Positions 1-14,066 of a stretch of DNA of 64,000 nt are shown here, one piece after another. The DNA comes from Mobula birostris (Eukaryota). Each line of letters begins with the position of its first letter. Positions within the stretch are counted from its first letter, which is position 1. A model generated the notes under the pieces. It ran no database searches and had not been told where the DNA came from. It saw nothing but the letters and a program-made list of their open reading frames with translations. The stretch spans positions 164,795,415 through 164,859,414 of the forward strand of contig NC_092375.1 of assembly GCF_030028105.1 (NCBI RefSeq), written 5' to 3'. A program made the translations under genes and the position numbers.

Positions 1-1019
1 TTCCCTGAAGAAACAAATTCCTCCTGCGCAATGATTTCTGATCATACTGTCTACTTTAGATCATAGAAAACTTGCGACACAAAAAGAGCCATTTAACTAA
101 TCATGACTGAGATGGTTGAAAAAGAGTTACCCAGTCGAAAACCACCATCCAGTACTAGGTCCCTTGCCTTGGAAGTTATTACTTTTCAAGAAGCTCGTGA
201 ATAAATTTTAAATATGATTACAGCTATGAAAAGAACTCTTTCAAACAGTGTGATCCGGACTTCCTACTACCTACTGGGTGAAGACATTTTATTCATCTTT
301 CTTCTAATGCTAGGGGACATAGGCCCTTCTGATTTATACCAACCAGGCACTCAGAACTTTGTACATTCTCAGCTTCCTTCATTCCAAAGACAGGAACCAC
401 GTCTTTCCTCATGGCAATAATTTTCCGGTCCTCTCATCATCTTTGCAGGCCTTCATAGTTATCTGTGCAAATGGATCTTTCCTGTTTTCTGTAACCAAAA
501 CTGTACACAGAACTTAGATTAGGGTTGCACTATTTCCACGCCATTCTTGTATTCTGCATACACATGAAGGAAACCATTTGGTGTGTTACTTTAACCACCT
601 TATTGACCTGTATACTTCTGGCTCTTTTAAAAAGCCACCACAAATGTGATTCAAATGGTTAGCACTTAAGATGGACTTTAATTAAATCTAGTTGAAACGG
701 AATGTAGCATCCGTAGAGAATAAATGGATATTTTCTAAAACATAATGTTATAGAAGGAGGGTACTTCTATGTTACAGACTTGTAAATTTTGGATTGTGTA
801 ATTAATAATTGGCTAACTAAGGGGCTTTAGGATACAGTCGTCGGCTGTGATAGAATTTTATATGAAGACTGAAAGTTGCTTAGTAACATTTGAAATTGGG
901 GTTTACATCTGAATAGAGCAGACTACACAGGTATGAGGTGTGAATTGTTGATAGAAGATTGGGCAACTACATTGAAAGTCATTGCAGTAAGCAAGCAATC
1001 ACTAGCATTTAAAAATTGA

Positions 1020-1250
1020 CACATAGAGACCATAAGGCTGTAGGTATAAGAGCAGAATTAGGCCATTTGACTATTCGAGTCTGCTCCACCATTTCATCAT
1101 GGCTGATTCATTTTCCCTCTCAGCCCCAATCTCCTACCTTCTCCCGTATCCCTTCATGCCCTGACAAATCAAGAAAATGTCAACCTCTACCTTAAAGGTG
1201 CTCAATGACTTGGCTTCCTGAGCCTCCTGTGGCAACGAATTCCACATTCA
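1020..1250 (-). mobile_element. CR1-type LINE 3' fragment
   Basis: Similar to the other CR1 3' ends in the window (e.g. 28995+, 32323+): gcagaattaggccatt...atcatggctgat. Confidence 0.6.
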
Positions 1251-1977
1251 TCAGAATATAAGTAACATGTAGTATATGTACCTATAAGCAAAGAAAAACT
1301 CACTGTAAGTAGTCCAGGTATGTCTATCAAAAAAACTTATGAACTGCATTAACTGGGAGGAAAAGGTAGGTAAGGTTGCCTAATGAAAAAGTAGGACTGA
1401 GGACTGAGAACATTTCCTCATTCAGCAGAAGAAGATCAAGACATTAAATAAAAACAGCAAAGTAGAATACAAAAATAGGCTCATGAGAAACAAAGCGATG
1501 TAAGAGATTCAAGAGATTTGTAAAATGAAATGTTTATTGGTTAGGTAAACATGCACCTCACAGACTAAAATTAGAGAACCACAGCAAATTAAGGACTAAG
1601 GAAGTTGGAGAGGAACTAAACAAACACAGAAGACCCAAAAATCCTTCTGAAAATAGTGGTGTAGAATAAAAGAGGGCCTCAAAGAAATCCCCATTGATCT
1701 GCATTCTCGGGTTTTGAGGAGGTGACTATGGAGATAGTGGATGCACTGGCTGTCATCTTCTAAAGTCCTATGTTTTAGAATGTTCCACAGATTGGAAAAC
1801 ATTACATGCACATAATTGTACTATTGAAGAAAGAAAAGAGGGAACTATAGGCAAATTAGTGTGTGATTAATTAATATAGAAAATGCCAATGAACTGTTAA
1901 TAAAGCACTTAGAAAATAAAAAAACAGAGTTGGAGAGAATAAATGTGGACTTATGAAAGGGAAATCATGTTTTAGAG

Positions 1978-2175
1978 AGCAATACACACACAAACTGGAG
2001 GAACTATGCAAGTCAGGCGGCATCCATGGAGGGAAATGAGCAGGTGATGTTTTAGGCTGAGACTCTTGCTCGTGGCCTAAAGTATCAACTCTTCACTTCC
2101 TGACATTGATGATGTATGACCTACTTAGTTTCTCCAGTGTTTTGAGTGTGTTGCTCTAGATTTTCAGCATCTGCA
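1978..2175. mobile_element. Old fold-back Penelope-pLTR-derived element (degenerate)
   Basis: Imperfect inverted arms (gagcaatacacacacaaactggaggaact... / ...agtttctccagtgttttgagtgtgttgctc) plus a cagcatctgcag tail like the younger copies. Confidence 0.55.
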
Positions 2176-2499
2176 GTCTCTCTTGTATCTACATGTTTGT
2201 TCAAAGGTTCAGAGATTCATTTATTATCAAAGCATGTATCCATTTACAACTCTGAACTTCATCTTCTCCAGATAACCACAAAACAAAGAAAGAACATGAT
2301 AGATATATTAGAGTTTACCAGGTTTTAAGAAGGAAAATAGATGAGGGTGAATGAATTGATATGTAATGTTTGGACTTTAAGGCCTTTGATAAGATACCAC
2401 ACAAGACATAAAAGAACAAGTATAGAGCAGATCCTATTGGGGGAATATATTGGTGTGGAATGCAGATCAGTCAATGGACAGAAAATAAATAATATAAAT

Positions 2500-3400
2500 T
2501 ATCAAGTTAGTTCTGGTTTGGGAGTCTGAGCAGTGGAGTGTCACAGAGTTGGCTGTTAGGAACCCAGCTGTTTACAATCTACATGTATATCAATGATATA
2601 AATTAATGTAAAATTTCCGTGTTTGCTGATGATACAAAACTTGTGGTACTGTCCACTACTTCATGTAGTGACTTGGTCACAGTGAAGGGAATGCAGAGAG
2701 ATTTCAGAGGCTTATAGACACGCTCAGTGAAGTGACCAAGTCACTACATGAAGTATAATGAAGAAATATATGAGGCATTCACTTTGGCAAAATACATGGA
2801 ATTGCTTCAAAAGATCGAGATTGAAGATGATGGTATTTAGAGATACATGGATGTCCATGCACATAAATCATTAGAGGTTAACATGAAGATACAACAAGTA
2901 ATTACAAAGGTAAATGGTATACTGGTCTTTATCAAGGAATATTTGAGTTCAAGCAAGACCACGTATAAAATATCATATAAAGTCTGCTTACCTAAGGCAT
3001 GATATGCTTTCGGTAGAAGTAGTGTAGTGAATATTTACTTGATTGATTACCAGAGTGGCAGTTGTGTCAAAGAAGTAGAGGTTTAATGGATGAGATCTAT
3101 ATCCTGTTAAATTTGGAAGACTAAGAGGTGATCTAATTGAAAGGGACAAAATTTTTGAAGAGCTCAATGGGATTGTTGCAGAAATAGTGTATCCCCTGAT
3201 AGGATTATCTAGAATTGCTGGTCAAAAAATATCTTCACTTAGAGGATGGTGAATATTTGGAACTCTTATCCCAAGAGGGCTGTAGCATGTCAGTTGCTGA
3301 ATATATTAAAGGTTGAGATAAAAGATTTTTGCATAATAGGGGAATGAAAACATGTGGTTAGTGATGAAAGGTGGTACTGAGGTCAAGGATCAGCAATGAT
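2500..3400 (+). mobile_element. Degraded CR1 LINE RT/3' region
   Basis: Remnants of a VPQGSVLGP-like motif, FADDTKL (tttgctgatgatacaaaactt) and CR1 3' sequence. Confidence 0.6.
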
Positions 3401-4147
3401 CAGCTCTCCTGGCGGCCTCCATAATTTCAAAGAAATAAATATTATTCTCCCACAACTTTAATTGTCTTGTGTGCAACTTAGTAACACCATCATAAATTTC
3501 ATCCCACAATTTAGGTAGGACATCAAACATTATTCAGTTTTCCTTATCTCTTCAGAAAGTTTTTGTATCTGTGGTATTAACTAAGCAAATCTCTTCTCTA
3601 CACTTTCCCAGGCCTTGACAACTTTTTGAGGTTATTAACACATAACTGGATATAATATAATAGATGAAGCCCAGGCAATGATTTACACAGATTTAACATT
3701 TCTACATTATTTTCATATTTTTTATTTGCACTTAAAATAAATTGGTTCTTCCTAAAACCATGTTAACAGCCCACTTCTTGGAAATTGCTGTATTTAAACT
3801 ATTTGTGTTTCAGGTTTTTGCCTTTAACTATTTTCATGTATTTTTCTGTCATTCATTCACGCAATTCTGACATCTGTTTATTCAAAGTACATTCCAAAAG
3901 TTTTTATTTTCTTGTTATAAATCTATTTTTATATGTCACTTTCAACCAATTTTAGATCATTAAAGTGGCATTGTAACACTGAGTCCAAAGTTATGACATT
4001 GTTTATTTTCATCCAGATTGGTCAGAAAAAAATCTTTATTAATTATTACTGATCAATAATTTATTTGTATCACCTGTTTTAATAATAATCAATTTACAGT
4101 AATTTGTGCAACTTCAACATTTTTCTAATTATGTTATTCATTTTTAG

Positions 4148-4335
4148 CTGATTATGAGCTTTACCTGAAGGACCACCAGGAAATCATTTATCGGACAGAA
4201 TTAGTAACAGAGCATGTTCAAGAACCCAAGGTTGCAGAAGTAGCACCAGTAATTCCAATGATGGAATATGACAAAGAACAGGCACTAATCAGGAAGAAGA
4301 TGGGGAAAACTGCAACCATAATGAAAAGTGAACAG
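4148..4335 (+). CDS. TTN: Titin exon (~human ex22), Z/I junction unique sequence
   Basis: tttttag|CT GAT...; translates DYELYLKDHQEIIYRTE...VQEPKV...EYDKEQALIRKKMGK...SEQ. Ends CAG|GCAAGA (GC donor, phase 0). Not in the ORF track. Confidence 0.9.
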
Positions 4336-5218
4336 GCAAGATTTATCTTTGAATTTATTTGCCTAAACAAATTTTTGTGTTATAGGACAAATTTATTTTA
4401 CAATAGCCAATTAAAACTGTTTTCTAAATATTAGAAATAAATTAATTGCCTTTCCATATACACCAGTACACAACTTATTCACTTTTAGATAGTACAATTA
4501 TATTAGCCATTTCAAACATTCATAGAAAGATATTTAATTTTAAATATGGAATAACTTCCTTGCTGTTCTTAGAAAATAGTGCTATGGGATTTTTTTATTT
4601 CCATCTAGTGGAAGAGAAATAACTTGTGGACTGATACTGTAGCATCATATCAGTATTACAGAGGGTTGTGGAGTTAAATTTTATGCATTATTCTTTGAAG
4701 TTGGATCTGCACGTGATTTAGAGACAAGAGTACCCTCAAATGAGTCACTGACAAACACTAGAAGACATTTTCTTTGGGAGTTTCTGTTAATGGATGTAGA
4801 CATAAACATTTACAACAAAGAGGACTAGCTAGATAGGAGTGTTAATGAAAAATATTAACTGTCCAGGTGAGCCCCATGTTATGGTGACATTGCATTCCTA
4901 GAAAACTATCTGTACTGCAATTTTCTATGATGCAAAGCCCCTTTTACTCATTGGATCCCATGTTACTACTGGAAATTTATCCCTCAACAATAATGATAAT
5001 TGTATCACAGCTGTTGGTTCACAGTGGAGGAGCATTTAAGAGATTGTTTTGTCAATTTTCAAAACAAATCTCTTTTAGTGGCCAGCAGCTGTCTCTGGAG
5101 ACACAAGCAACTCCAGATGCTATAATGCAAAGTGGAGGCTGGAAGGTGAGAGATAAGGAATGCACAAATGACTTGTTCCATTAAACACCTTCCTTACTTA
5201 TCAGATTCTAGCATCTAG

Positions 5219-8200
5219 TAGAAACATAGAAAACCTACAGCACAGTACAGGCCCTTCGGCCCACAAAAGTTGTGCCGAACATGTCCTTACCTTAGAAATT
5301 ACCTAGGGTTACTCATAGCTCTCTATTTTTCTAAGCTCCATGTACCTATCCAGGAGTCTCTTAAAAGACCCTGTCGTATCTGCCTCCACCGTCACTGGCA
5401 GCCCATTCCACGCACTCACCACTCTTTGTGTAAAAAAAACTTACCCCTAACATCTTCTCTGTACCTACTTCCAAGCACCTTAAAACTGTGCCCTCTTGTG
5501 CTAGCATTTCAGCCCTGGGAAAAAGCCTCTGACTATCCACACGATCAATGCCTCTCATCATCTTATACACCTCTATCATGTCACCTCTCATCCTTCATCG
5601 CTCCAAGGAGAAAAGACCAAGTTCACTCAACCTATTCTCATAAGGCATGCCTACCAATCCAGGCAACATCTTTGTAAATCTCCTCTGCACCCTTTCTATG
5701 GTTTCCACATCCTTCTTGTAATGAGGCGACCAGAACTGAGCACAGTACTCCAAGTGGGGTCTGACCAGGGTCCTATATAGCTGCAACATTACCTCTCGGC
5801 TCCTAAACTCAATCCCATGATTGATGAAGGCCAATGCACCCTATGTCTTCTCAACCACAGAGTCAACCTGCGCAGCAGCTTTGAGCATCCTATGGACTTG
5901 GACCTCAAGATCCCTCTGATCCTCCACACTGCCAAGAGTTTTACCATTAATACTATATTCTGCCATCATGTTTGACCTACCAAAATGAACCACCTCACAA
6001 TTATCTGGGTTGAACTCCATCTGCCACTTCTCAGCCCAGTTTTGCATCCAATCAATGTCCTGCTGTAACCTCTGACAGCCCTCCACAGTATCCACAACAC
6101 CCCCAACCTTTGTGTCATCAGCAAATTTACTAACCCATCCCTCCACTTCCTCATCCAGGTCATTTATAAAATTCATGAAGAGTAGGGATCCCAGAACAGA
6201 TCCTTGAGGCACACCACTGGTCACCGACTCTATGCAGAATATAACCCATCTACAACCACTCTTTGCCCTTTGTGGGCAAGCCAGTTCTGGATCCACAAAG
6301 TAACGTCCTCTTGAATCCCATGCCTCCTTACTTTCTCAATAAGCCTTGCATGGGATATCTTACCAAATGCCTTGCTGAAATCCATTTCCACTACATCTAA
6401 CGCTCTACCTCCATCAATGTGTTTAGTCACATCCTCTAAAAATTCGGTCAGGCTCATAAGGCGCGACCTGCCCTTGACAAAGCCATGCTGACTATTCCTA
6501 ATCATATTATGCCTCTCCAAATGTTCATAAATCCTGCCTCTTAGGATCTTCTCCATCAGTTTACCAACCACTGAAGTAAGACTCACTGGTCTATAATTTC
6601 CTGGGCTATCTCTACTCCCTTTCCTGAATAAGGAAACAACATCCGCAAACCTTCAATCCTCCAGAACCTCTCCCGTCCCCATTGATGATGCAAAGATCAT
6701 CGCCAGAGGCTCAGAAATCTCCTCCCTCGCTTCCCACAGTAGCCTGGGTTGCATCTCGTCCGGCCCTGGTGACTTATCCAACTTGATGTTAAATCCCTTG
6801 GTGTGATATTTGATTCCACCTTTAAGTTTGACAAGCAAGTTAGTGCAGTAGTAAAAGCCAGTTTTTTCCAGCTTCGTACTATTGCCAAAATCAAGCAGTT
6901 TCTCTCTTTCAAAGATCTCGAGAAAGTCATCCATTGCCCTTATATCCTCCCACTTGGAATACTCCAATTCCCTGTATACTGGGATTAGTCAGTCGGCCCT
7001 GTCCCATCTGCAACTGGTCCAAAATGCCGCAGCTAGGCTCCTAACAGGTGCCCGGAAGAGGGACAATATTACTCCTATCCTGGCCTCCCTCCACTGGCTG
7101 CCAGTATGGTTCAGAATTGATTTTAAGATTCTCCTGTTTGTTTATAAAGCCCTAAAGGGGCTGGCTCCCCCCTTATGTCACAGACCTTCTAACCCCTTAT
7201 TTTACTTCCAGAGATCGGCTGACTTGGGGCTCCTGGCTGTCCCGTGATCTAAACTTAAGCTTAGGGGTGACCGTGCTTTTGCTATTGTAGTCCCTAGACT
7301 GTGGAACAGCATTCCCCTCCCTATCAGATCTGCTTCCTCCATCGACTCTTTTAAATCCAGGCTTAAATCTTACTTTTATTCACTAGCGTTTGAATCCTCC
7401 TGATGTGGCTGATTTTTGGCTTGTGCCTAGGCCCTTGTGTTGTTCCTTTTGTGCCTATCAGCTGTTTGCCTTATTGGTTATGTCTGTGTTTTTCGTATTT
7501 GTAATTTTAGCTATTCTGCTCTGATCTGTACAGCACTTTGGTCAACGTGGGTTGTTTTTAAATGTGCTATATAAATAAATTTGACTTGACTTGATGCTTT
7601 CCAAAAGCTCCAGCACGTCCTCTTTCTTAATATCTACATGCTCAAGTTTTTCAGTCTGCTGTAAGTTATCCCAACAATCGCCAAGATCTTTTTCCATAGT
7701 GAAAACTGAAGCAAAGTACTCATTAAGTACCTCTGCTGTCTCCTCCGGTTCCATACACGCTTTTCTACTGTCACACTTGATTGGTCCCATTCTCTCACGT
7801 CCTATCCTCTTGCTCTTCACATACTTATAGAATGCCTTGGGGTTTTCTTTAATCCTGTCTTCCAATGCCTTCTCTTGGCCCCTTCTGGCTCTCCTAATTT
7901 CATTCTTAAACTTCTTCCTGCTAGCCTTATAATCTTCTAGATTTCTATCATTACCTAGGTTTTTGAACTTTTCGTAAGCTTTTCTTTTCTTCTTGATTAG
8001 ATTTACAACATCCTTTGTACACCACGGTTCCTGTACCCTGCCATCCTTTCCCTGTCTCATTGGAATGTACCTATGCAGAATTCCACGCAAATATCCCCTG
8101 AACATTTGCCACATTTCTTCCGTACATTTCCCTGATAACATCTGTTCCCAAATTATGCTTCCAAATCCCTGCCTGATAGCCTCATATTTCCCCTTTCTCC

Positions 8201-8420
8201 AATTAAATACTTTCCTAACTTGTCTGTTCCTATCCCTCTCCAATGCTATGGTAAAGTTAGAATTGTGATCACTATCTCCAGAATGCTCTCCCACTGAGAG
8301 ATCTGACACCTGACCAGGTTCATTTCCCAGTACCATATCAAGTACAGCCTCTCCTCTTGTAGGCTTATCTACATATTGTGTCAAGAAACCTTCCTGAACA
8401 CACCTAACAAACTCCACCCC
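5219..8420 (-). mobile_element. CR1 LINE (ORF2 endonuclease C-terminus plus RT, frameshifted), interrupted by an L2 insertion
   Basis: ORFs with SGVPQGSVLG, KFADDTKVGG, LVRPHLEYCAQFWSP, PGPDEM, TRGEAVLDMVL, GDSDHN; CR1 3' tail at ~5219. Confidence 0.93.
6789..7588 (+). mobile_element. L2-clade LINE 3' fragment nested in the CR1
   Basis: LQLVQNAAARLLT, ILASLHWLPV.FRIDFKILL; (TTGAC)n tail; flanking duplication ACTTGATG at 6781-6788 and 7589-7596. Confidence 0.88.
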
Positions 8421-8619
8421 ATGGAAAGCATCTTCAGCCATTTGAGCTTTCTTTTCTCATCTTCTAGCCTTCAGTTTTGGTTTACAACTTGCATTTAAAT
8501 TTGTTGGTTCTATTTGTAAACTGGTCGCCCAGCTACAGTTTAAAAAACTTTGTTTTCCATGTTATCCACATTTTACCACATCAGCACATTGAGTTTGTAC
8601 AAGGGAAAAGCAGTAACAG

Positions 8620-8955
8620 AACGAAGAATAGGGTAAATGCAAGCAGGCTTTCCCACTGAAATTGGGTGAGACTAGAAAGAGAGGTCATAATTAAGGGTGA
8701 AAGGTGAAATATGTAAAGGAACCTGAGGGGTTGTTCAATGAACATTCTTCACTCAGAAGGTGGGGAGAATGGAATGAGCTACCAGAGGAAGTGGCGAATG
8801 CAGGTTTGATTTCAACATTTAAGAGAAATTTGGATAGGTACATGAATGGGAGGGGTATGGAAGTCCAGATGCGTTTTGATTGTACAAGGCGGAATAACAG
8901 TTCAGCATGGATTAGATGGGCCGACGGGTCTGTTTCTGTGCTGTAGTGTTCTGTG
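8620..8955 (+). mobile_element. CR1 3' end fragment
   Basis: WNELPEEV...FKRNLDRYM and a ...ctgtttctgtgctgtagtgttct tail. Confidence 0.8.
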
Positions 8956-9074
8956 ACTCAATGACTCTAATAAAGTAACTTACACTAAATGTTGGGGGAA
9001 CTCAGCATGCCAGGCAGCATCTATGCTGCAAAATAAATAGTCGATGTTTCGGGCCGAGACCTGTCCTGATGAGC

Positions 9075-9790
9075 CAGCAACGAGTATGGAGAGAGTCAAC
9101 GGAGAGGAAGCTGGTTTCCATAATATGTTGAGCTGTGTCTTCAACTTTCTGTGGTTCCTTGTGGTCACAGGAAAAGTAATTGCTGTGCCAAACCATGATG
9201 CTTTCTGTGGTGCATTGATAAAATTTGGTGAGGGTCAAAAGGGTCATGCTAAAATTTTTAGCCTCCGAAGGAAGTAGAGGCGCTGGTGAGCATTTTTGGT
9301 TGTGGCATCTATGTGGTGGGACTAGAACAAGCTGTTGGTGATGTTCACTCCTAGGAACTTGAAGCTGTCAACCCTTGCTACCCCAGCATCACTCATATAT
9401 GTAGAAGTAGGTGCACTGTTTCCCCTTCGTGAAGTTAAACCTTTTGCTTTGATGACATTGAAGGAAAGGTTGGTGTCATAACACCATGCTGCTAGGTTCT
9501 TTTCCTGTAGTAAGACTTATCAGTTTTTGAGATTCAGCCCACTAGGGTGGTGTCATGTGTAAACTTGTAAATGGAGTTAGAATAGTATTTGGCCACGCAG
9601 CTGTCAGTGTTTTGGAAGTAAAGTAGGGACTGTAGATGAAGCCTTATAGGGTACCAGTGTTGAAGATAATCATGGCAAAGATGTTGATGTTTTAAACATC
9701 TTGAGGGCAAATACCATGGGAAACTCTTGGGCAAATAAAACCTGTTTGACATGATAACTCCCTGGGCAAATAAAACCTGCCCTGAAGTTA
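9075..9790 (-). mobile_element. Rex1/Babar-like LINE RT 3' fragment (degraded)
   Basis: SIYKFTHDTTLVG (a KFADDTTVVG-like motif) and LTKFYQCTTESI motifs. Confidence 0.6.
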
Positions 9791-12700
9791 TATCTCCTTA
9801 TCAATCTCCATAGATGAACCACTAACTGCCAAGCATTTGCAGCCATTTCTTTCAAAATTGCATTCTAAACTTTCAGTCTAAAACTCATTCTCATCTAACC
9901 CACGATATCCACTCCATGAACTCTTTCCTCTTTACTTCTTTACAGCTAAACTTTGGTAAGAATAAATTCATTCCAAAAAGGTCAATAAAAGTGAAGTAGA
10001 GTTACCATGTTATGTTATCTCTGAAACCTAGGCACTGATAGACCAAGGGACTGCTGCACTATAAAAGAAGTTGTTTTAGAACTGATGTAAGATCTTCATC
10101 CTGAAACACTCACTCTAGTTTCTTCTTCAACACATGCTTCATGACTTATTATTTCCTGAATTTTCTGTTTTTATTTCATATATCTAACAATGTATCTGTT
10201 TCGCAATTATTCTACCTTCCCCAACAACTGCACCAATTAAAGGAAAATTACACAACCTTATCACAGCTCTGAACTGTTTAACTAAGGATATTTTCCAAAA
10301 CTTTCCACTGTAGCTTCTACATCTTTCCATTACCACTTAGACCAAATTATATCAATCAAACTGTTGCTTTTTCTGAACTCCCAAGTAAAGTTCCTGAACT
10401 TTCACACAATCACAGCTGTAGCTTCAACCACCTGGACCAAAAGTCTCTCTGAGTCTTGACTCCCTCACCACATTTAAGACTCTTCTCAAAGCCAAACCTT
10501 CACCCTTTCAAAATGTTTCTCCTTCAGTTGATTTTTTCTCTCTAGTTGCGCATTTTTTAGTACACAAAAAAAAGTGTAATTGAATGTTTGGTTAATACTT
10601 AGACAATAAAGACTATAGGGATACAATATTAAATGGTAGCTAAAGCCTGGAGACTCATTATGCTGCATAATATATTTGTCCTCTAAGTTGTGTTAGCATC
10701 ATACAAGATCAATAGCCAAAATGCTAGCAAACCCCACATTATCAGCATTCGGATTACATAATTTGCCCTTATAGATATCCAAAACAAAATTCATTCTTTA
10801 TATAGGGGGAAATTAAATAAATAAATGCAAAATGAAGAAGAAAAACAAATTTTAACTACTTTTATTTTTTCTAACTCATTTCTTGATGCATGCACAGATA
10901 ATGTGGCAGGTTTTTCAGCACAATAGTTTGACGTACATCTTTTGAGAGAGACAAGGAAATATCATTTCAGGACAATAACCTGTTATCAGAATTATCTCGG
11001 ATTCATTTAGAACATCTATAGGTCACCATTCTCTCACCATATCTGAGTTCCCATTTCTAACATTAGTGCAACAAGGACTTTGCGGGAGGAATTCCGTGGG
11101 TCAAGCAGCTTCTGTTAGGAGAAAGGAATTATCGACTTCGTGTCAAACACTTGCAGCAGGACTGAGAGTGAGAGGGGAAATAGCCAGCATAAAGAGGAGA
11201 AGGGGTGTTGTGGTATAGAGGCCAGAAGAAATTGGTAAACTGATGGGAGGGCGGGAGAGTGAAAGAGTGTTGAAGGATGTCAGTTGCATCGAACCAATTA
11301 GGAGAGAGAGGTGCTCCCTATAGATGCTGCTTGAACCACTGAGATCCTCTAATAGATTCATTATTGCTCTAGTTTCCAACTTCTGCAGCCTCTTTTCAAT
11401 CGAATATGCACTAAATGCTCACTATAATTTTGTTATCTTCCTGATAATGGCTATACGAAAATTGCATTCAAATCTACAACAATAGCCTAACCAATGTTCT
11501 GCATGAATTTGTTACTCGTTGATCTTGTGCTATGTACTCCAATGTACATCATCAAATTACTGTGGTTTTAATTTTGTCTTCCTCAGTACTTATTTGAATT
11601 CACTCTATTAAGGAATTAAGTAAGCTTCTGTTTTCCTCCGTATACTTCTGCTTCTGTCTTATGTATGGTCTCATTTGATTTGCGGAAATTGATGTCATTA
11701 AATGGCTTCAAAGAGGAGGTGAAAGGTTTACTGTCCTATTTATTCTGACATGCTACCTTTACAAGGGCTTACCTGTGAGTGGCCTAACTACCCGCACGTT
11801 TCAGGTGCTTGACAGTATTTAACATTCAATTCTAGTCTTTGTCAGTCTGTAGATCCTTCAGTTGCCATTCCAAAGACAAAACTTGTAGCAGCCTACAGAT
11901 TTCACGTTCTAACCTATTTTACCATGAAGAGATTTGAAGGAGTCCCAGAATGTTAACTGAACAATTTCTTTGGGTAACCAAGAGGAATGCTCTAATGCAT
12001 AATCTTACCTTCCACAATTGCAATGCATCCCTGTAAACTGCTTTACTACCGGCCAGGCAAACCTTATGAAAACCATTGTTGATTTACTTTAAATCTGGCA
12101 AACTGCATCAGGATATTTGGAAAGGCAACCTTTTATTTCCATTTGAAGTCTGGATCTCAAAATGGCTTGGTCTCTCTGTTGGAAATTGCATTCTATTGTT
12201 GCAAGCTAGTCAGATAACAATTCAAATAAACCCTGTGTATCATTTCTCCCAATATGTATGACAGTTTATTGTGCAGTTGTGTTTTATGACTACTATCATA
12301 CATCCTTTTCGCTAACCTTCTTCATTTTTTGTCAAGCTCTCTACTTTTATGTTGTTAATTTGCAATCGTCCATATGGTAAATCTCTGAATGATTTATTGT
12401 AGGATTATTTGGAAATCCTAATAGTTTGGTAGTAGGCTCACTGCAGCATTGTTTTACAGTCTCTTTAAACTCATTGTGTCCACTGGGAATGTTAATATAG
12501 CAGTGTATAATTTTATTTATTGTACTTCTGAATAACATCTAAAATGTGAATTAAAGATAGACAGGAGTATTGATATGAATGATGTTCAATAGTCTATTGG
12601 GATTGACCACCACTAAAGTCCCAAGAATGCTGAATTATCATGGACTCATTGTATTGATCAACAGCAAAATTACAATTGGGAGTACTATTTCCAACTCTTC

Positions 12701-13028
12701 TTGGTTCCAAGATGACCAACAGCCTTTAACTAACTTCATCCTTGTCTTTCTAATTTATGCTGCTGACTTTCCTTGTTTTCTCAATTTTTCTCACAATTTT
12801 TGAGTAAAATCTTCATCAAAATGCTTCTGAAAATCTGTATGGATACTGTACTCTTTTTATCACATCAATATATTCAAATTATTTCTCATTGTTCTGTTTA
12901 GATTCTATGTGTATTTTAATATACTTATGTAACTGTTAGTTAAATAATTGCTAGTTTGTTTTGCATGTTTGTCATATTTTAGCCTATGGCTTAACATCAG
13001 TTGAAATTAATGCTATTCATGTTTTTAG

Positions 13029-13259
13029 GAGTACCACATTTCTTCATTTGAAGAAAGACTTATCAAAGAAATTGAATTCCGAATCATTAGAATTACTTTG
13101 GAAGAGCTTCTAGAGGAAGATGGTGAAGAAATGGTATTAGATATTCCAGCTGAGGAATCCATTGAACCAGGATTTGATTCAACAGTGAAAAGTTATAGAA
13201 TTCTTGATGGAATGGGTGTAACCTTCTTTTGTAAAGTATCTGGTTATCCATTGCCCAAG
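13029..13259 (+). CDS. TTN: Titin exon (~ex23)
   Basis: ttttag|GAG TAC CAC ATT = EYHISSFEERLIKEIEFRIIRITLEELLEEDGEE...GYPLPK|gtaaat. Confidence 0.96.
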
Positions 13260-13419
13260 GTAAATAATATTTGCATTACAGACCAAACATGCTACAATAT
13301 AAGATCAGAATATTTGGATGAAATGTATTTTTAACAATTTGAAAAGCTTAGGTAAACTGTTTAATTTATGTAAACATATTTAATTTATCTTGATGGTATG
13401 CATTTTGTATTTTCTTTAG

Positions 13420-13664
13420 ATTGTATGGTTCAAAGATGGTAAACGCCTGAAACAGGGAGATCACTATGTTATGGAGACTTCTCAGGATGGTAAAGCGGAG
13501 TTACGGATTTCTGCAGTTTTGCCAGAGGATGAAGGCATTTACACAGTGTTGGCCAGCAACATCAAAGGAAATGCCATTTGCTCTGGAAAATTGTTCATAG
13601 AGCCTGTTGGTGCTCCAGCAACCCAGACTCATTTATCAACAACAGAAATTTGGAGAAGAATGCG
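13420..13664 (+). CDS. TTN: Titin exon (~ex24), Ig domain
   Basis: ctttag|[16 protein letters not shown]...[27 protein letters not shown]...MR|gtaaga. Confidence 0.96.
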
Positions 13665-13788
13665 GTAAGACATTCTCTCTTTTCATTGTGTTTCATATTC
13701 TGTAGCAATTAGAACTTTGCCAAGTTAATCAGTTTGTGAGTTCCAAATGGAAATTTCAAAATTAAAATTGCTTATTCCCTTTTTCTAG

Positions 13789-13985
13789 CTCTGTGTCTCC
13801 ACGATCTCCAAGTCGGTCACCAGCACGTAGGCTGGAAGATACAGATGAGACTCAACTTGAGAGATTGTACAAACCTGTTTTTGTTTTGAAACCTACATCA
13901 TTTAAATGTTCTGAAGGACAAACCGCTAGATTTGACCTGAAAGTTGTTGGCAGGCCCATGCCAGAGACATTGTGGTTTCATAATG
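13789..13985 (+). CDS. TTN: Titin exon (~ex25), SP-rich linker plus start of an Ig domain
   Basis: ttctag|SVSPRSPSRSPARRLEDTDETQLERLYKPVFVLKP...WFHN|gtaag. Confidence 0.96.
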
Positions 13986-14066
13986 GTAAGAATGATATAT
14001 TCTCATGCTAATGAATCCAAAAATATAGTGAATTTCAGTAGTTAATATAATATGTATCTGATCTAG

